The position numbers were made by a program, and so were the translations under genes. Shown here in pieces: positions 48,765 to 59,972 of a stretch of DNA of 64,000 nucleotides; position 1 is the stretch's first letter; every line of letters begins with the position of its first letter. The notes beneath the pieces were generated by a model that worked only from the letters and a program-made list of their open reading frames with translations, made no database searches and was not told where the DNA came from. Source of the DNA: Firmicutes bacterium UBA5449 (GTDB lineage: Bacteria > Bacillota > SHA-98 > UBA4971); NCBI GenBank assembly GCA_002424305.1, contig DIQZ01000051.1:3497-67496 (forward strand), written 5' to 3'.

Positions 48765-51461
48765 CTACACTCCCTTTCCGCAGCACTTCTTATATTTCTT
48801 TCCACTGCCACATGGACAGGGATCGTTTCTCCCAACCTTTTTCGCTCGCCGTTGCTTAGGTTTCGGCGGAGCGTCTTCTCCACTTCCGCCCATCGTCATA
48901 ATAGAAGTGACCCGTTTCGCCCTTGACTGTCTGTCTCCGCGTTCATCACTTACCGTAACTCTTGGCATCCATGCAACAACATCATCGCGGATATTGGCCT
49001 TCAGATCTTCAAACATTTGCCAGCTTTCCAACTGATACTCAAGGAGCGGATCTTTCTGCCCATATGCTCTGAGTCCAATCCCTTCCCTGAGATCATCCAT
49101 GGCCTGGAGATGATCGATCCACTTGGAATCGATAACTCTTAACATAACGAGTTTCTCCAGAACTCTCATACGTTCTGAGCCTATTGCTTCCTCGCGAGCG
49201 TCATAGGACTTGGAAGCAATAGTCATTACGAAATCGGCAAGTTCAGGGCGCGTCTTTCCTTCTAAGTCAGCCAATCCGATGGGAAAATGAAACATGAACG
49301 TCTGATTCAGTCGGCCTGCAAGCCCGCGGAGATCCCATTCCTCTTGGAATACTTTCTCGTTAGCGTAAACATCCAAGATCTCTGTGATGACCTGAGACAT
49401 CATTTCCATAATTCTGTCTTTTAAGTTTTCCCCTTGAACAACTCTGCGCCTGTCATCATACATGACCTCACGCTGTTTATTCATAACGTCATCATATTCA
49501 AGGACTTGCTTTCTGATATCAAAGTTATGTCCTTCAACCCGCTTCTGCGCAGTCTCAATAGAGCGTGCTATACGCTGATGCTCTATGGGCATGTCCTCTT
49601 CCCATCCAAGACGGTCCATTATTCCGGTAATGAACTCCCCGCCGAACAGTCTCATGAGATCATCTTCCAATGAAACATAGAACCTGGAAGCCCCGGGGTC
49701 GCCCTGCCTCCCTGAACGCCCTCTAAGCTGGTTATCAATTCTACGACTCTCATGACGTTCTGTTCCAATAATAAACAGCCCACCAAGCTCCACGACTTTT
49801 TCATATTCTCCGGCGGATTCAGCCTTAGCGTCCTCGAGAAGCTCCCGGTATTCCTTCCTGGCTTCAAGCACTTCCGGATCCTCTGTGGGGAAATGCTCTG
49901 CAGCTTCAGCTACTATCTCACCGGAATACCCGTTTGCGCGTAGTTTCTGCTTTGCGGCATACTCGGGGTTACCACCTAAGACAATGTCCGTGCCTCTTCC
50001 TGCCATGTTCGTGGCAATAGTGACTGCCCCTAATCTACCTGCCTGTGCCACGATCTCAGCTTCACGTTCATGATGTTTCGCATTAAGAACCTGATGCCGA
50101 ACACCCCTGCGCTTCAGCATGTCACTTAAGCGCTCTGACCTCTCTATGGACACAGTCCCTACAAGGACAGGCTGGCCCGGCTTGTGTATCTCCTCGATTT
50201 CATCAACAATCGCAGCAAACTTAGCCCCCTCCGTCTTGTAGATGACATCAGGATAGTCCTCACGAATCATAGGTAGGTGAGTGGGAAGGATTACAACATC
50301 AAGCCCATATATCTTCTGGAATTCCTCTTCTTCCGTAGCTGCTGTCCCAGTCATGCCGGCTAGCTTATGGTACATACGAAAGTAGTTCTGGAAAGTGATT
50401 GTGGCCAGGGTCAAGCTTTCTCGCTCTACCTTAACACCTTCCTTTGCCTCAATAGCCTGATGAAGTCCGTTACTGTACCGTCTCCCAAACATAAGCCTTC
50501 CGGTAAATTCGTCAACTATGATTGCTTGGTCGTCTTTGACGATATAGTCTCTGTCACGACGCATGAGTGCGTGAGCGCGAAGCGCCTGATTTAAATGATG
50601 CATCAGCTCTATGTTAGACTCATCCGAGAGATTATCCAACCCAAGCATACGCTCTGCTCTCTCTACACCTTCGTCAGTCAGGGCTACCGTGTTAGCTTTT
50701 TCGTCAACAGCATAGTCCTCATCCCTCTTTAACCTTGGGACAAGCCTGGCAAATTCACGGTATAAGTCAGTAGACTCCTCTGCCTGTCCGGAAATAATCA
50801 GAGGCGTTCTGGCCTCATCTATCAAGATACTGTCGACCTCATCCACAATGGCATAGTTCAGCTCTCGTTGCACCATTTCGTCCCGAGAGGTAACCATGTT
50901 ATCACGGAGGTAATCGAAGCCGAACTCGTTATTAGTCCCATAAATAATATCTGATGCATATGCCCCTCTGCGCTCAGCATAATCAAGACCGTGGACTATA
51001 ACACCTACCTTGAGTCCGAGGAACTTATAGATTGTACCCATCCATTCCGAGTCACGCCTGGCCAAGTAGTCATTTACCGTAACAATGTGAACGCCCTTTC
51101 CGGTTAGAGCGTTAAGATACGCAGGCAGAGTCGCAGCAAGTGTCTTACCTTCCCCTGTCTTCATTTCTGCGATCCGACCTTCATGGAGGACTACTCCTCC
51201 CATGATCTGCTCGTCGAAATGACGCTGACCCAGCACTCTGACTGCAGCTTCGCGAACCACAGCGAACGCTTGGGGAAGAAGTTCATCCAGTGTCTCGCCG
51301 TTATCAAACCTTGTCCTAAACTCCAAGGTCTTGGCTGTAAGTTCAGGGTTAGAAAGCCTGGAAACCTCCGGCTCTAAAGCAGAGACGGAGTCAGCTATGG
51401 CCCTGAGCCTTCTGAGTTCTCTTTCGTTGGTATCAAAAACCTTTTTCAGGAACCCAAGCAC
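48765..51461 (-). CDS. secA: Preprotein translocase ATPase SecA
   Basis: It has DEAD-like motor motifs and a C-terminal zinc-binding tail ([14 protein letters not shown]). The track ORF starts at 51548. A GTG at 51461..51459 gives the canonical N-terminus [10 protein letters not shown]. Confidence 0.9.
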   Translation of the reverse strand: MLGFLKKVFDTNERELRRLRAIADSVSALEPEVSRLSNPELTAKTLEFRTRFDNGETLDELLPQAFAVVREAAVRVLGQRHFDEQIMGGVVLHEGRIAEMKTGEGKTLAATLPAYLNALTGKGVHIVTVNDYLARRDSEWMGTIYKFLGLKVGVIVHGLDYAERRGAYASDIIYGTNNEFGFDYLRDNMVTSRDEMVQRELNYAIVDEVDSILIDEARTPLIISGQAEESTDLYREFARLVPRLKRDEDYAVDEKANTVALTDEGVERAERMLGLDNLSDESNIELMHHLNQALRAHALMRRDRDYIVKDDQAIIVDEFTGRLMFGRRYSNGLHQAIEAKEGVKVERESLTLATITFQNYFRMYHKLAGMTGTAATEEEEFQKIYGLDVVILPTHLPMIREDYPDVIYKTEGAKFAAIVDEIEEIHKPGQPVLVGTVSIERSERLSDMLKRRGVRHQVLNAKHHEREAEIVAQAGRLGAVTIATNMAGRGTDIVLGGNPEYAAKQKLRANGYSGEIVAEAAEHFPTEDPEVLEARKEYRELLEDAKAESAGEYEKVVELGGLFIIGTERHESRRIDNQLRGRSGRQGDPGASRFYVSLEDDLMRLFGGEFITGIMDRLGWEEDMPIEHQRIARSIETAQKRVEGHNFDIRKQVLEYDDVMNKQREVMYDDRRRVVQGENLKDRIMEMMSQVITEILDVYANEKVFQEEWDLRGLAGRLNQTFMFHFPIGLADLEGKTRPELADFVMTIASKSYDAREEAIGSERMRVLEKLVMLRVIDSKWIDHLQAMDDLREGIGLRAYGQKDPLLEYQLESWQMFEDLKANIRDDVVAWMPRVTVSDERGDRQSRAKRVTSIMTMGGSGEDAPPKPKQRRAKKVGRNDPCPCGSGKKYKKCCGKGV

Positions 51462-51551
51462 TAACCTATCCCCTCTTCCTCTAAAATGCGAGTCAATTAT
51501 ATCATTTACGTTTTTAAGCAGCAACTGCGCGCCACGCAACAAGCGCATGCA

Positions 51552-52673
51552 TCACAGGTTGAGACTTTCCCTCTGACATGTCAGTGAATCTGTAAGAACC
51601 CTTAATCCTCCTGACACCAGCGAGTGCCCGCCGGGAACAATAGGAATCTCAGATGAAAGGAGACAAGCCGTGACCTCACGGGCGACTGCATCATCAATAG
51701 CCTCCGGACGCAAGAGGTCAGAGTTAAACCTGTCTTTTGCAGATAGATCCAGACGAAGATGATGAAAAAGAACCCTCGTATCTATTAGGGCAGCATCAGC
51801 CACGTTCTCAAGGGCACGAACAAAACCTTTGAACCCTACTTCCTGCGCAAGATAGCCCAGAAGAGAGACCACCCGGTGTTGATCCTCCCGCCCCAAAGCC
51901 TTCATGCCTCTTTCTTCAGAAAAAACCCTCATTCTGCATTGGAGTCTCTCATTAACATATAGCACAGCGCCGGGGCTTACCCGCCCGATAACGCAGATCT
52001 CTGAAAGAGGTGTTCCCATGAACTCTCGAACCTTGTTGAGACGTGAGTTAGCAGGTTCAAAGTCTAGCCTTTTGAGCACAGCTCTTACATGCGGACCCAC
52101 TGAGGGATGTAGTCCTAAGACCATGATGTCTGCGGGAGTATCCACATCAAAAAGAGAGCCTATCGTCTCAGGCAACTTTCTATGACAAAGAAATGAAAGG
52201 GCCATGGCAAGGGCGTTGTCAGATGTCGGCAAATCCGCTACCCCAAGCAACGTTGAAGCAGGGGTAAAGCCAACAATATCACTGGAGAAGATATTGTTGG
52301 CAAACATGCAATCATCGGAGCTGGCAAGATTCTTTGCAAGAGAGCTAATTTCACAAGGCGCCATAAGAGCACCGGAAGCCCCTCCCATATATATGACAGC
52401 TTCCAACCCACGGGTCTTTATGACCCTGGCTAAGGCCTCTCCGAAACGAAACTCCTTACGCGCAGGCATGACCCGGACTTCCACCCCATAGTCCGTTGCA
52501 GCTTCAGCCAGATCTTCATAAGTCGTATAGAGAAGTATTTTGTCAAGTTCCGGCAACTGTGAGAATTTCTTGAGGTTATCAAGAACCACTGCCTTTCTTA
52601 CAGTAGTTACCAGTTCCTCTACATGGGTTTCCGGTATTCCACCCTCGAAAATAACCAGCGACACCTTGTTCAT
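51552..52673 (-). CDS. Hypothetical protein (possibly Rossmann-like/nucleotidyltransferase-like; family not recognised)
   Basis: 373-aa ORF in the same orientation, immediately upstream of secA. It has a YMGGASGALMAP segment and no clear family match by eye. Confidence 0.35.
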   Translation of the reverse strand: MNKVSLVIFEGGIPETHVEELVTTVRKAVVLDNLKKFSQLPELDKILLYTTYEDLAEAATDYGVEVRVMPARKEFRFGEALARVIKTRGLEAVIYMGGASGALMAPCEISSLAKNLASSDDCMFANNIFSSDIVGFTPASTLLGVADLPTSDNALAMALSFLCHRKLPETIGSLFDVDTPADIMVLGLHPSVGPHVRAVLKRLDFEPANSRLNKVREFMGTPLSEICVIGRVSPGAVLYVNERLQCRMRVFSEERGMKALGREDQHRVVSLLGYLAQEVGFKGFVRALENVADAALIDTRVLFHHLRLDLSAKDRFNSDLLRPEAIDDAVAREVTACLLSSEIPIVPGGHSLVSGGLRVLTDSLTCQRESLNL

Positions 52674-52763
52674 ATAAATAGCCCGGCCCCCTACGTGTCA
52701 AAGGGTTGCCCGTGACAGGCAACCCTTTCTGTAATTTACGAGATCTCTGCCTCTAGTTGAATT

Positions 52764-53309
52764 TCAAAACTCAGGTTCAATCAGACCATAGTTCCCGTCT
52801 TTACGGCGATATACTACGTTAACCTCATCTGTATCACTATTAGAGAAAACAAAGAAGTCGTGGCCAAGCAGCTCCATCTGCATTACGGCTTCTTGAGTTG
52901 ACATAGGCTTCATGGCAAATCGCTTTGTTTTAACAATACGTGCTTCTTCCCGGCGTTCCTCCAAGTTGGCAATTCCCGGGGAAAACTCTGCTTCTGTAAG
53001 CTTTGTCCCTGTTTGACGCAGTCTACGATTGATCTTGGTCTTATACTTACGAATTTGTCTCTCGATCTTATCCACTGCCCCATCCACTGACGCAAAGAGA
53101 TCCCCGGTCTTTTCCTCACCGCGTAGGAGAAGGCCGTTTACCTGAATCGTGACCTCAGCAATCTGAAGCCCTTTCTCAGCACTGATGACCACCTGAGCAT
53201 TTACTGAATCTCCTTCGAAGAACCTCTGGAGCTTATGTACCTTTTTTTCAGCGTAATCTCTGAGAGCTTTTGACAGTTCAACGTTTTTGGTTTTCATGGT
53301 GATATTCAT
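52764..53309 (-). CDS. hpf: Ribosome hibernation promoting factor (long form)
   Basis: 181 aa. It has an N-terminal RaiA/HPF domain (MNITMKTKNVELSKALRDYAEKKVHKLQRFF) and a C-terminal dimerisation extension. Confidence 0.85.
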   Translation of the reverse strand: MNITMKTKNVELSKALRDYAEKKVHKLQRFFEGDSVNAQVVISAEKGLQIAEVTIQVNGLLLRGEEKTGDLFASVDGAVDKIERQIRKYKTKINRRLRQTGTKLTEAEFSPGIANLEERREEARIVKTKRFAMKPMSTQEAVMQMELLGHDFFVFSNSDTDEVNVVYRRKDGNYGLIEPEF

Positions 53310-53389
53310 TCTTACCAGCTCCTTTCGGGAAAATCAGAGTTAGGCTTCTTAACACATTACTTCCTTACGGCACAACGAAATCCTGCCTC

Positions 53390-54997
53390 TCACAAGCACG
53401 GATCCTCCCATCTTATATCAGTGGCTGTATCATAGATCAGAGATGGTATAGGCTCGATATCAGAGACTCTAATTCTGTCACGAAGGTAACGCGTGACATC
53501 ATTTACATTCTCGGAAGGTAGTTTGAGAGTTGAGAGGATATCTGTACCCCGAAAACCCGATCGATCCATTTGCGAACTCAAAGACCAGGTAATCTCAACA
53601 TCTAGAGGGCTCAACCATGTTACACACGCAGGAAGCTTCCCTGGACGATTGTCAATCCCATCCTCAACACCTACCGAGCCTTGTGCTTGTTGAAGCACAT
53701 ACACCCCGCCATGACCACGTTCTAAGAATCGTATGTATGACAATGCAAAGGCAAGATCCCCTGAAGCTACGGATTCAATCACGAAGATTGAAGCGGGAAC
53801 TTCCTCTAGCCGGTGGCGATATGCCTCCCAAAGCACACGGGGAACTAAAATTGTGGGAGTCACTCTGTTTACAAGATGTATCCCAAAACGCCCGGTACCA
53901 TAGATTCCGTCAGCCATGCCCTGACTTGTCGATGATGCTGTCAAATCAATCCATAACCTGGCATCACCGGGTATCGGTGAAAGTACAGTCTCCCTAAAAA
54001 CCACTCCATCCGACGACAACGTTGATTCAAGGGGCACGCCTGCCAATTGCGATATGAAATCCGCAATGATATACTGACCGCCTGAAACCGGATAGAAATG
54101 GGAGCTCTTCGCCCAAACGAGCTTCGCATCGTGAAAGGTCTCGGCTGCCCGCAGCACCTCATTGATGGGGAAGATCACATCCAAAGTCCCATTTAGCATG
54201 AGGACAGGTCTTGGCCATATGTCAGGCAAAGCAGCAGGATCAACTAAGGTCAAGGTATCTGCAGCCTCTGCAATGTCTGCAATTCCAATCTTTGAAAGGA
54301 GTCGGAAATTCTTTACTACAGGATTATCGCTGTGAACAAGTATGTCACGAAACCCTCCACCGGCAACCAGAAAAACGCCGCCTTTGAATCTCGGGTCAGC
54401 TTTATGTGTCAACATAGAAACCATACCGCCAAGGCTTGCCCCTGTAATATAGATGCGTTCCGGATCCACATTATCCCTGGATATCAACCAGTCCAGTGCA
54501 CGGCGCATGTCAATTACCGCACGTCTGAAATTGTCACGCACTGCCAAAGGCGGCGCAACCACCATTTTCTGCCCTGAAATCACCTGAAAGCCTTTAGAAC
54601 GTCTGTGATGATACGGTAGGCTTGGCATCAAGACAGCAAATCCACGCTTTGCTGCAAAGTCCGCCACATGCCAAAATTGGTCCTCATCTTCTGAAAACAT
54701 ACCATGAATTCCTATTACAGCAGGTATCTTTCCCGACATTTTCGGCTCGAAGTATGCAGCATATACTGTATCGCCTTCACTCTTATATGTCAGCTCATAT
54801 CTGCGATACCACTGGTTTTCTGATTTCAAGGTGAGTTTCGCTAGGAGAGGCTGACTTCTGTCGTACGAATAGAACTCTATTACTTCGAGGGGATCAACAA
54901 TAGGTGTCTGAGGACTTGAACTTGCAGAGCCTGTGGGAGAGACAAATATGACTGATAGGAGGGTACCTAATAGGAGTATACCTATGAGCCGGCGCAT
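53390..54997 (-). CDS. Secreted alpha/beta-hydrolase (serine hydrolase, GASLGG nucleophile elbow)
   Basis: Starting at the ATG at 54997, it has a signal peptide (MRRLIGILLLGTLLSVIFVSPTGSASS) and a GxSxG motif (ITGASLGGMVSM). The track ORF extends to 55120, but that upstream part lacks a signal peptide. Confidence 0.55.
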   Translation of the reverse strand: MRRLIGILLLGTLLSVIFVSPTGSASSSPQTPIVDPLEVIEFYSYDRSQPLLAKLTLKSENQWYRRYELTYKSEGDTVYAAYFEPKMSGKIPAVIGIHGMFSEDEDQFWHVADFAAKRGFAVLMPSLPYHHRRSKGFQVISGQKMVVAPPLAVRDNFRRAVIDMRRALDWLISRDNVDPERIYITGASLGGMVSMLTHKADPRFKGGVFLVAGGGFRDILVHSDNPVVKNFRLLSKIGIADIAEAADTLTLVDPAALPDIWPRPVLMLNGTLDVIFPINEVLRAAETFHDAKLVWAKSSHFYPVSGGQYIIADFISQLAGVPLESTLSSDGVVFRETVLSPIPGDARLWIDLTASSTSQGMADGIYGTGRFGIHLVNRVTPTILVPRVLWEAYRHRLEEVPASIFVIESVASGDLAFALSYIRFLERGHGGVYVLQQAQGSVGVEDGIDNRPGKLPACVTWLSPLDVEITWSLSSQMDRSGFRGTDILSTLKLPSENVNDVTRYLRDRIRVSDIEPIPSLIYDTATDIRWEDPCL

Positions 54998-55176
54998 ACT
55001 GGTTCTCCCCAGTGATGTACGCAACCTTTCACCCCCGTTTAATGTCCCTCTATTATATTCTGACGAGAAAGTCATCTCTAGAGTTCCCATTTTTACCTCA
55101 AAAAGATCTCTCTCTATCATTATTGGTTTCCCTTATACCATTTAATATTTCAAATGGGAAGTCCTCTTTCCGCATT

Positions 55177-55211
55177 GGAAGAAAAAGAAGAGCGCGGCCA
55201 TAAGCCGCGCT
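55177..55211 (-). terminator. Rho-independent terminator downstream of the zinc-ribbon gene
   Basis: A perfect 8-bp GC-rich stem AGCGCGGC-cataa-GCCGCGCT is followed on the minus strand by CTTCTTTTTCTTCC. Confidence 0.5.
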
Positions 55212-55281
55212 GTTGTTAGCGTCTGGAAATGCCGCGCCTGACGCTGTCTCGCATGACCAAGTTAAGTGTGACTTCCTCTAC

Positions 55282-55572
55282 TTATGCGCCCCAGGATGAT
55301 TTCTGGGCTTCAAAACACTCCCGGCAGTATACAGGCCTGTCTTCGCGCGGCTTAAAGGGCACTTCTGTGTCTTTTCCGCAAGCTGAGCAGACAACTGGAT
55401 ACATTTCTCTCGGGCCATCATTGCGCTGACGTTTCCGGGCCATACGGCAGTCCCTACAGCGAACAGGCTCATGCTGGAACCCTTTCTCAGCGTAAAACTC
55501 TTGCTCACCGACAGTAAATACAAACTCTGCACCGCAGTCGCGACACGTTAGAACCTTGTCTTTGAACTCCAT
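55282..55572 (-). CDS. Small zinc-ribbon protein (four CxxC pairs)
   Basis: The sequence contains CRDC...CRDC...CSAC...CREC. The likely start is MEFKDKVLTCRDCG at 55572; the track ORF starts at 55635. Confidence 0.45.
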   Translation of the reverse strand: MEFKDKVLTCRDCGAEFVFTVGEQEFYAEKGFQHEPVRCRDCRMARKRQRNDGPREMYPVVCSACGKDTEVPFKPREDRPVYCRECFEAQKSSWGA

Positions 55573-55761
55573 GTAAGTTGATCTCCTCACTTTGGTGGTA
55601 ATTGCCTGCTTGCTCAGAAAACCTGTCGCACCCACGGCACTCGTCTTTTACATTTATCTTACGTGCCTATAGCCCGCGGCTAGCCCAGAGTGTACAAAAC
55701 GAACCTGAACAAGTGTGGCTGACTCCATTCTACTCGGAGGTAACGCTAAATGCAAGCATTA

Positions 55762-58632
55762 TTACGTGCCAAGCGCTTTAATGATTTCCCCAAGAATAAT
55801 AGGGGACATGGACATTAAAGCAACATAGCCCCATTCACCGAGAGTCAATGGCACTACATCAAAAATCAAACGGAGGCCCGGTATCGCTAGAACCATGACT
55901 TGTAAGGCGGTAGACACAGTCCATGCCAACACCATGTACCGATTGGTTACGAGACCGAGACGGAATATGGATCTTGTTGTTGAGCGCAGATTGAACGCAT
56001 GGAAAAGCTGACTCAGCGACATCGTCGCAAAAGCCATGGTTCTCGCGGTAAGGAGCATATCCCTTCCTGCACAGATTGCCTGGTGCGTCCGCATTCCCAA
56101 CCAGAAAGAAAAAAGAGTGAGACCTGCTATGAAAATACCGTAAATACCAACGCGGATTGACCCCCCTGCACTAAAGATGGACTCACGCCGACTTCGAGGA
56201 AGGCGCTTCATTGTGCCCGGCTCCGGAGGTTCCACCCCAAGAGCAAGGGCGGGCAGACTATCTGTGACAAGGTTCACCCACAGTATCTGGATAGGCGTAA
56301 GAATCCTGAAACCGCCTACTGCAATCCCTGTAAATACTGCGATAATCTCCCCTATGTTGCAGGACAATAGGTATGCGATAGCTTTTCTGATATTATCAAA
56401 AATCGTCCTTCCTTGTTTGACCGCTTCGACAATGGTGGCAAAATTATCATCAGCGAGTACCATGTCAGCTGCGCCTTTAGCTACATCTGTACCGGTTATG
56501 CCCATAGCACAACCAATATCTGCACGCTTCAACGCAGGGGCGTCATTGACTCCGTCGCCTGTCATGGCTACTACATGTCCTTGACTCTGAAGCGCATCAA
56601 CGATACGAACCTTATGTTCCGGTGACACGCGAGCGTAGACTGTCACCCTCTTAACGGCTTCATTAAGCTCTTCATCTGACATGTTTTCCAATTCCCTGCC
56701 GGTCAAGACCGGAACCTGACCGCCCTGTGGCTTACCCTCGAGACTCAGGCCAATAGCCCTCGATATGGCCAGAGCAGTATCTTTATGATCCCCTGTGATC
56801 ATAATGGGAGTTATCCCTGCTCCCCGACATGTGGCAATGGCTTCTGCAGCTTCAGGTCTTGGTGGGTCCATCATACTCACGAGGCCTACGAAAACAAGGC
56901 CTTCTTCAACCTCATCCGCTTCAGGGTCTGCAGGCATCGCACCTAAGATTCGATAGGCGCAAGCCAGTACGCGGAGAGCGTGGGAAGCCAGGTCTGCATT
57001 AACCTGCATAATTTCATCCCGCTCTGCCTGATCCAGTTCGTGTATCGTTCCGTCTCGAAGCACGAATTCACATCTTGAGAGGATAGAATCAGGCGCACCT
57101 TTCACAAGAGCTACAACATTCCCGTCAGGGAATCGATGGATGGTACTCATTCGCTTTCTGACAGAGTCAAACGGCATCTCTCCGATACGAGGGGTATTCA
57201 GCCCCTGTTCCTCACTGAATCCCGCCTTACGGGCAGCTACGATAAGCGCCCCTTCCGTGGGATCCCCTACGATAAACCACTCGCCTGTCTCAGCATTCTT
57301 TCGCAGCTCCGAATTATTGCACAATGATGCGATCCTAGCCAACATCTCCAGATGCGGGTCAAGCACATCGAGAATCTCACCGCCACCGGACACTTTGATC
57401 GGCTCTGAATCCGGCGATGACTCTGTCCGGAACTCGCCCTCAGGACTATATCCCTGACCTGTAACTTGAAGCAGAGTTCTATTCAAATAAGCTTTGACCA
57501 CTGTCATCTCGTTCTGGGTGAGTGTTCCTGTCTTGTCTGAGCAAATCGCAGTAGCGCTCCCCAGAGTCTCCACTGCAGGGAGTCGCCTTATTATCGCTTT
57601 GTGCCTGGCCATTCTTTGAACACCGATGGCCAAGACTACAGTAACAATTGCAGGCAGTCCCTCAGGAATAGCAGCAACAGCAAGACTTACTGCAGTCAGA
57701 AACATCTCAAAGACGTTTATTCCTCGAAACAGACCTGTGACAAACATGATACCGCACAGCCCGAGAGCTGCACCGCCCAACCATTTCCCCAGGTCTTCCA
57801 GTCTCTCCTGAAGTGGTGTGCGCTTATCCGGCGAAGCTCCGATCAAGCCTGCGATATGCCCTACTTCCGTATTCATCCCTGTGGCATATGCAACTCCTCG
57901 CCCTCGGCCATGCACGCACACAGTGGACATGTGAAGGACGTTTGATCTGTCACCTAACGGAATATCCCCGTCAACTACTCGGGGAATAGCCCTTGCGTGT
58001 TTCTCTACAGGCACCGATTCTCCGGTAAGAGCAGATTCATCAACTTTGAGGGCAATAGAGTTTATCACACGGATATCCGCAGGAATGTGGTCCCCTTCTT
58101 CGATCAGAACTAAATCGCCGGGCACAAGTTGACTTGCGGGGATTACTACTGTGTTACCGTCCCGCCTAACCCTGGCGTGAGGAGCAGCCATTTTCTTCAG
58201 GGCAAGGAGTGCCTTTTCAGCCTTGCTTTCTTGGGTCATCCCGAGAATCGAATTAAGCAAGACTATCGCCATGATTACAACGCCTTCCGCAATTTCACCC
58301 AAAACAGAAGATACTATGGCAGCTACGATAAGCACAAAAACAAGAGGCTCCATGAATTGCCTAAGAAACATCTGGAGCATGCCGGGACCGGTCTCTTCCT
58401 TCAGCTCATTTGGACCGAACATTTTGAGGCGTTGTCTTGCATTATCTGAACTCAAGCCTGCGGTTAGATCTGTCTTGAGAGCCTTCTCAACATCTTCAAC
58501 GCTATTGTAGTAGTGTCTACTATGTTCTTGTGGCAGCTCATCATCGTCAACCAACATCTCTGTATTGGCTTGTGCCGAACTGTAATTCTTACTCATTACA
58601 GATACCTTCTTTATGTAGAATCTATTATGCAA
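55762..58632 (-). CDS. P-type cation-transporting ATPase (type IIA, Ca2+-ATPase-like)
   Basis: 956 aa. It has the phosphorylation motif CSDKTGTLTQN and the hinge TGDGVNDAPALKRADIGCAMG. There are 10 transmembrane helices, and the PEGL motif (IPEGLPAIVT) in TM4 is typical of the Ca/SERCA clade. Confidence 0.85.
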   Translation of the reverse strand: MHNRFYIKKVSVMSKNYSSAQANTEMLVDDDELPQEHSRHYYNSVEDVEKALKTDLTAGLSSDNARQRLKMFGPNELKEETGPGMLQMFLRQFMEPLVFVLIVAAIVSSVLGEIAEGVVIMAIVLLNSILGMTQESKAEKALLALKKMAAPHARVRRDGNTVVIPASQLVPGDLVLIEEGDHIPADIRVINSIALKVDESALTGESVPVEKHARAIPRVVDGDIPLGDRSNVLHMSTVCVHGRGRGVAYATGMNTEVGHIAGLIGASPDKRTPLQERLEDLGKWLGGAALGLCGIMFVTGLFRGINVFEMFLTAVSLAVAAIPEGLPAIVTVVLAIGVQRMARHKAIIRRLPAVETLGSATAICSDKTGTLTQNEMTVVKAYLNRTLLQVTGQGYSPEGEFRTESSPDSEPIKVSGGGEILDVLDPHLEMLARIASLCNNSELRKNAETGEWFIVGDPTEGALIVAARKAGFSEEQGLNTPRIGEMPFDSVRKRMSTIHRFPDGNVVALVKGAPDSILSRCEFVLRDGTIHELDQAERDEIMQVNADLASHALRVLACAYRILGAMPADPEADEVEEGLVFVGLVSMMDPPRPEAAEAIATCRGAGITPIMITGDHKDTALAISRAIGLSLEGKPQGGQVPVLTGRELENMSDEELNEAVKRVTVYARVSPEHKVRIVDALQSQGHVVAMTGDGVNDAPALKRADIGCAMGITGTDVAKGAADMVLADDNFATIVEAVKQGRTIFDNIRKAIAYLLSCNIGEIIAVFTGIAVGGFRILTPIQILWVNLVTDSLPALALGVEPPEPGTMKRLPRSRRESIFSAGGSIRVGIYGIFIAGLTLFSFWLGMRTHQAICAGRDMLLTARTMAFATMSLSQLFHAFNLRSTTRSIFRLGLVTNRYMVLAWTVSTALQVMVLAIPGLRLIFDVVPLTLGEWGYVALMSMSPIILGEIIKALGT

Positions 58633-58799
58633 CTTATTCTATTGCTATTCGCAGACATTCCTTTTGAACATCCGGGACATTACATAGCCTAACCCGTCTT
58701 CTTGACCCCTTTTGGCTTACTAATAGATTCTCCTAAATCCGGCCTATTGTTTCAAGCCCGGCGCATAGGCTGTAAACCAACCGATTCATCGACTGCAAA

Positions 58800-59795
58800 C
58801 TATATCACTCGGATTGCAAATTCGGGACACGCAGGAGTGCAATAGCCGCACAGCAAACACTTACTCCTATCAACAGAAGACTTTCCGTCCACCATTGAGA
58901 GTGCTCCGGAAGGACACGCATCCACACACCTACCACAGCCTTTGCAGTAGGCCTCGACTATTTTCAGGTGCTTTTGTCTAAATGCGATTTCCCGTTCCTT
59001 AGGAGGGATGGTCTCACCCGAAAATATCCTGCAGTTCATATCTACTTCCGCCTCAGATACCATGCCTACCACCACAGCATCAATCCCCGGCAGCGTCATG
59101 ACGAACTTAAATGCTTCATCCATTCTCTCCAAAAGACTCCCGCCTGCCAGCGCTTTCATGGCATAGATACCTTTTCCGCGTTGAGAAGAGGCTTCTATTG
59201 CAGAGGCCATATTCTCTACGGTTCCTCCAAGAATTCCTGTGCCGATTACATTTATCAGGGGATGAATGACATCGACATCTTCTCGCTGTCCCGCAACTCT
59301 TACAGTGCCTACATGATGAGTGGATACCCCAATCGCCTTGATTAGCCCCTTCTCCTTATAGTCACACAGGCATTGATATGCCCCGGCTCTCTCACGGAAG
59401 ACATTTTCCCCTGCGCGGGCAGCATGCAAGAGCATAATATCAAGACTCTCTAAGTCAAGGGCCTCAAGAGCGTAGTTTATGTGTCTTTCAGCCTTTTCAT
59501 AATCAGAAGCAGGTGTCTTTGTAGCAATTACGAGTTCTTCTTTCCAGTCTTTTTTAGCCTTACGGATATGCTCATATGTACCATAGACATGAGCTGTGTC
59601 AATAAAGGAAATTCCTTTCTCAAGAGCCTTCCTAATCACTTTCGCGCCCTCTTCAGGGGACATATTGGCCTGCATGGATCCCATTACAAGGGCTCCGAAT
59701 CCGAGCTTCGTCACTTCGATACCTGTCCTACCAAGAGTAGTTTTAGATAACATGCCTTGTCCTCCTCTTCTATCTGTCAAAACCCACGTTGTCAA
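58800..59795 (-). CDS. Aldo/keto reductase fused to a C-terminal 2x[4Fe-4S] ferredoxin domain
   Basis: It has an AKR N-terminus (TLGRTGIEVTKLGFGAL) and C-terminal CKGCGRCVDACP...CLLCGYCTPACP motifs. Confidence 0.7.
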   Translation of the reverse strand: MTTWVLTDRRGGQGMLSKTTLGRTGIEVTKLGFGALVMGSMQANMSPEEGAKVIRKALEKGISFIDTAHVYGTYEHIRKAKKDWKEELVIATKTPASDYEKAERHINYALEALDLESLDIMLLHAARAGENVFRERAGAYQCLCDYKEKGLIKAIGVSTHHVGTVRVAGQREDVDVIHPLINVIGTGILGGTVENMASAIEASSQRGKGIYAMKALAGGSLLERMDEAFKFVMTLPGIDAVVVGMVSEAEVDMNCRIFSGETIPPKEREIAFRQKHLKIVEAYCKGCGRCVDACPSGALSMVDGKSSVDRSKCLLCGYCTPACPEFAIRVI

Positions 59796-59972
59796 GATCC
59801 GTGCGCCGCGAAACTAACCTCTTACAGCCTCGTCCACCGATATGTCAATATCAATTATACACTGATTAGGTTGATCTGGAGTCAACTCAAAGCTAGAATG
59901 TAGAAGGGTATTGAATCCTTATATAGAATCTACATTCAACATCCTCTTACTAAAACCTAGGGAGGTCTTGAG

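Noticed and set aside
53390-55120. Alpha/beta hydrolase start at 55120 (576 aa)
   Set aside because: The upstream 41 codons precede a clear signal peptide beginning at the ATG at 54997, which has a GGGGAG SD. The start was moved to 54997.
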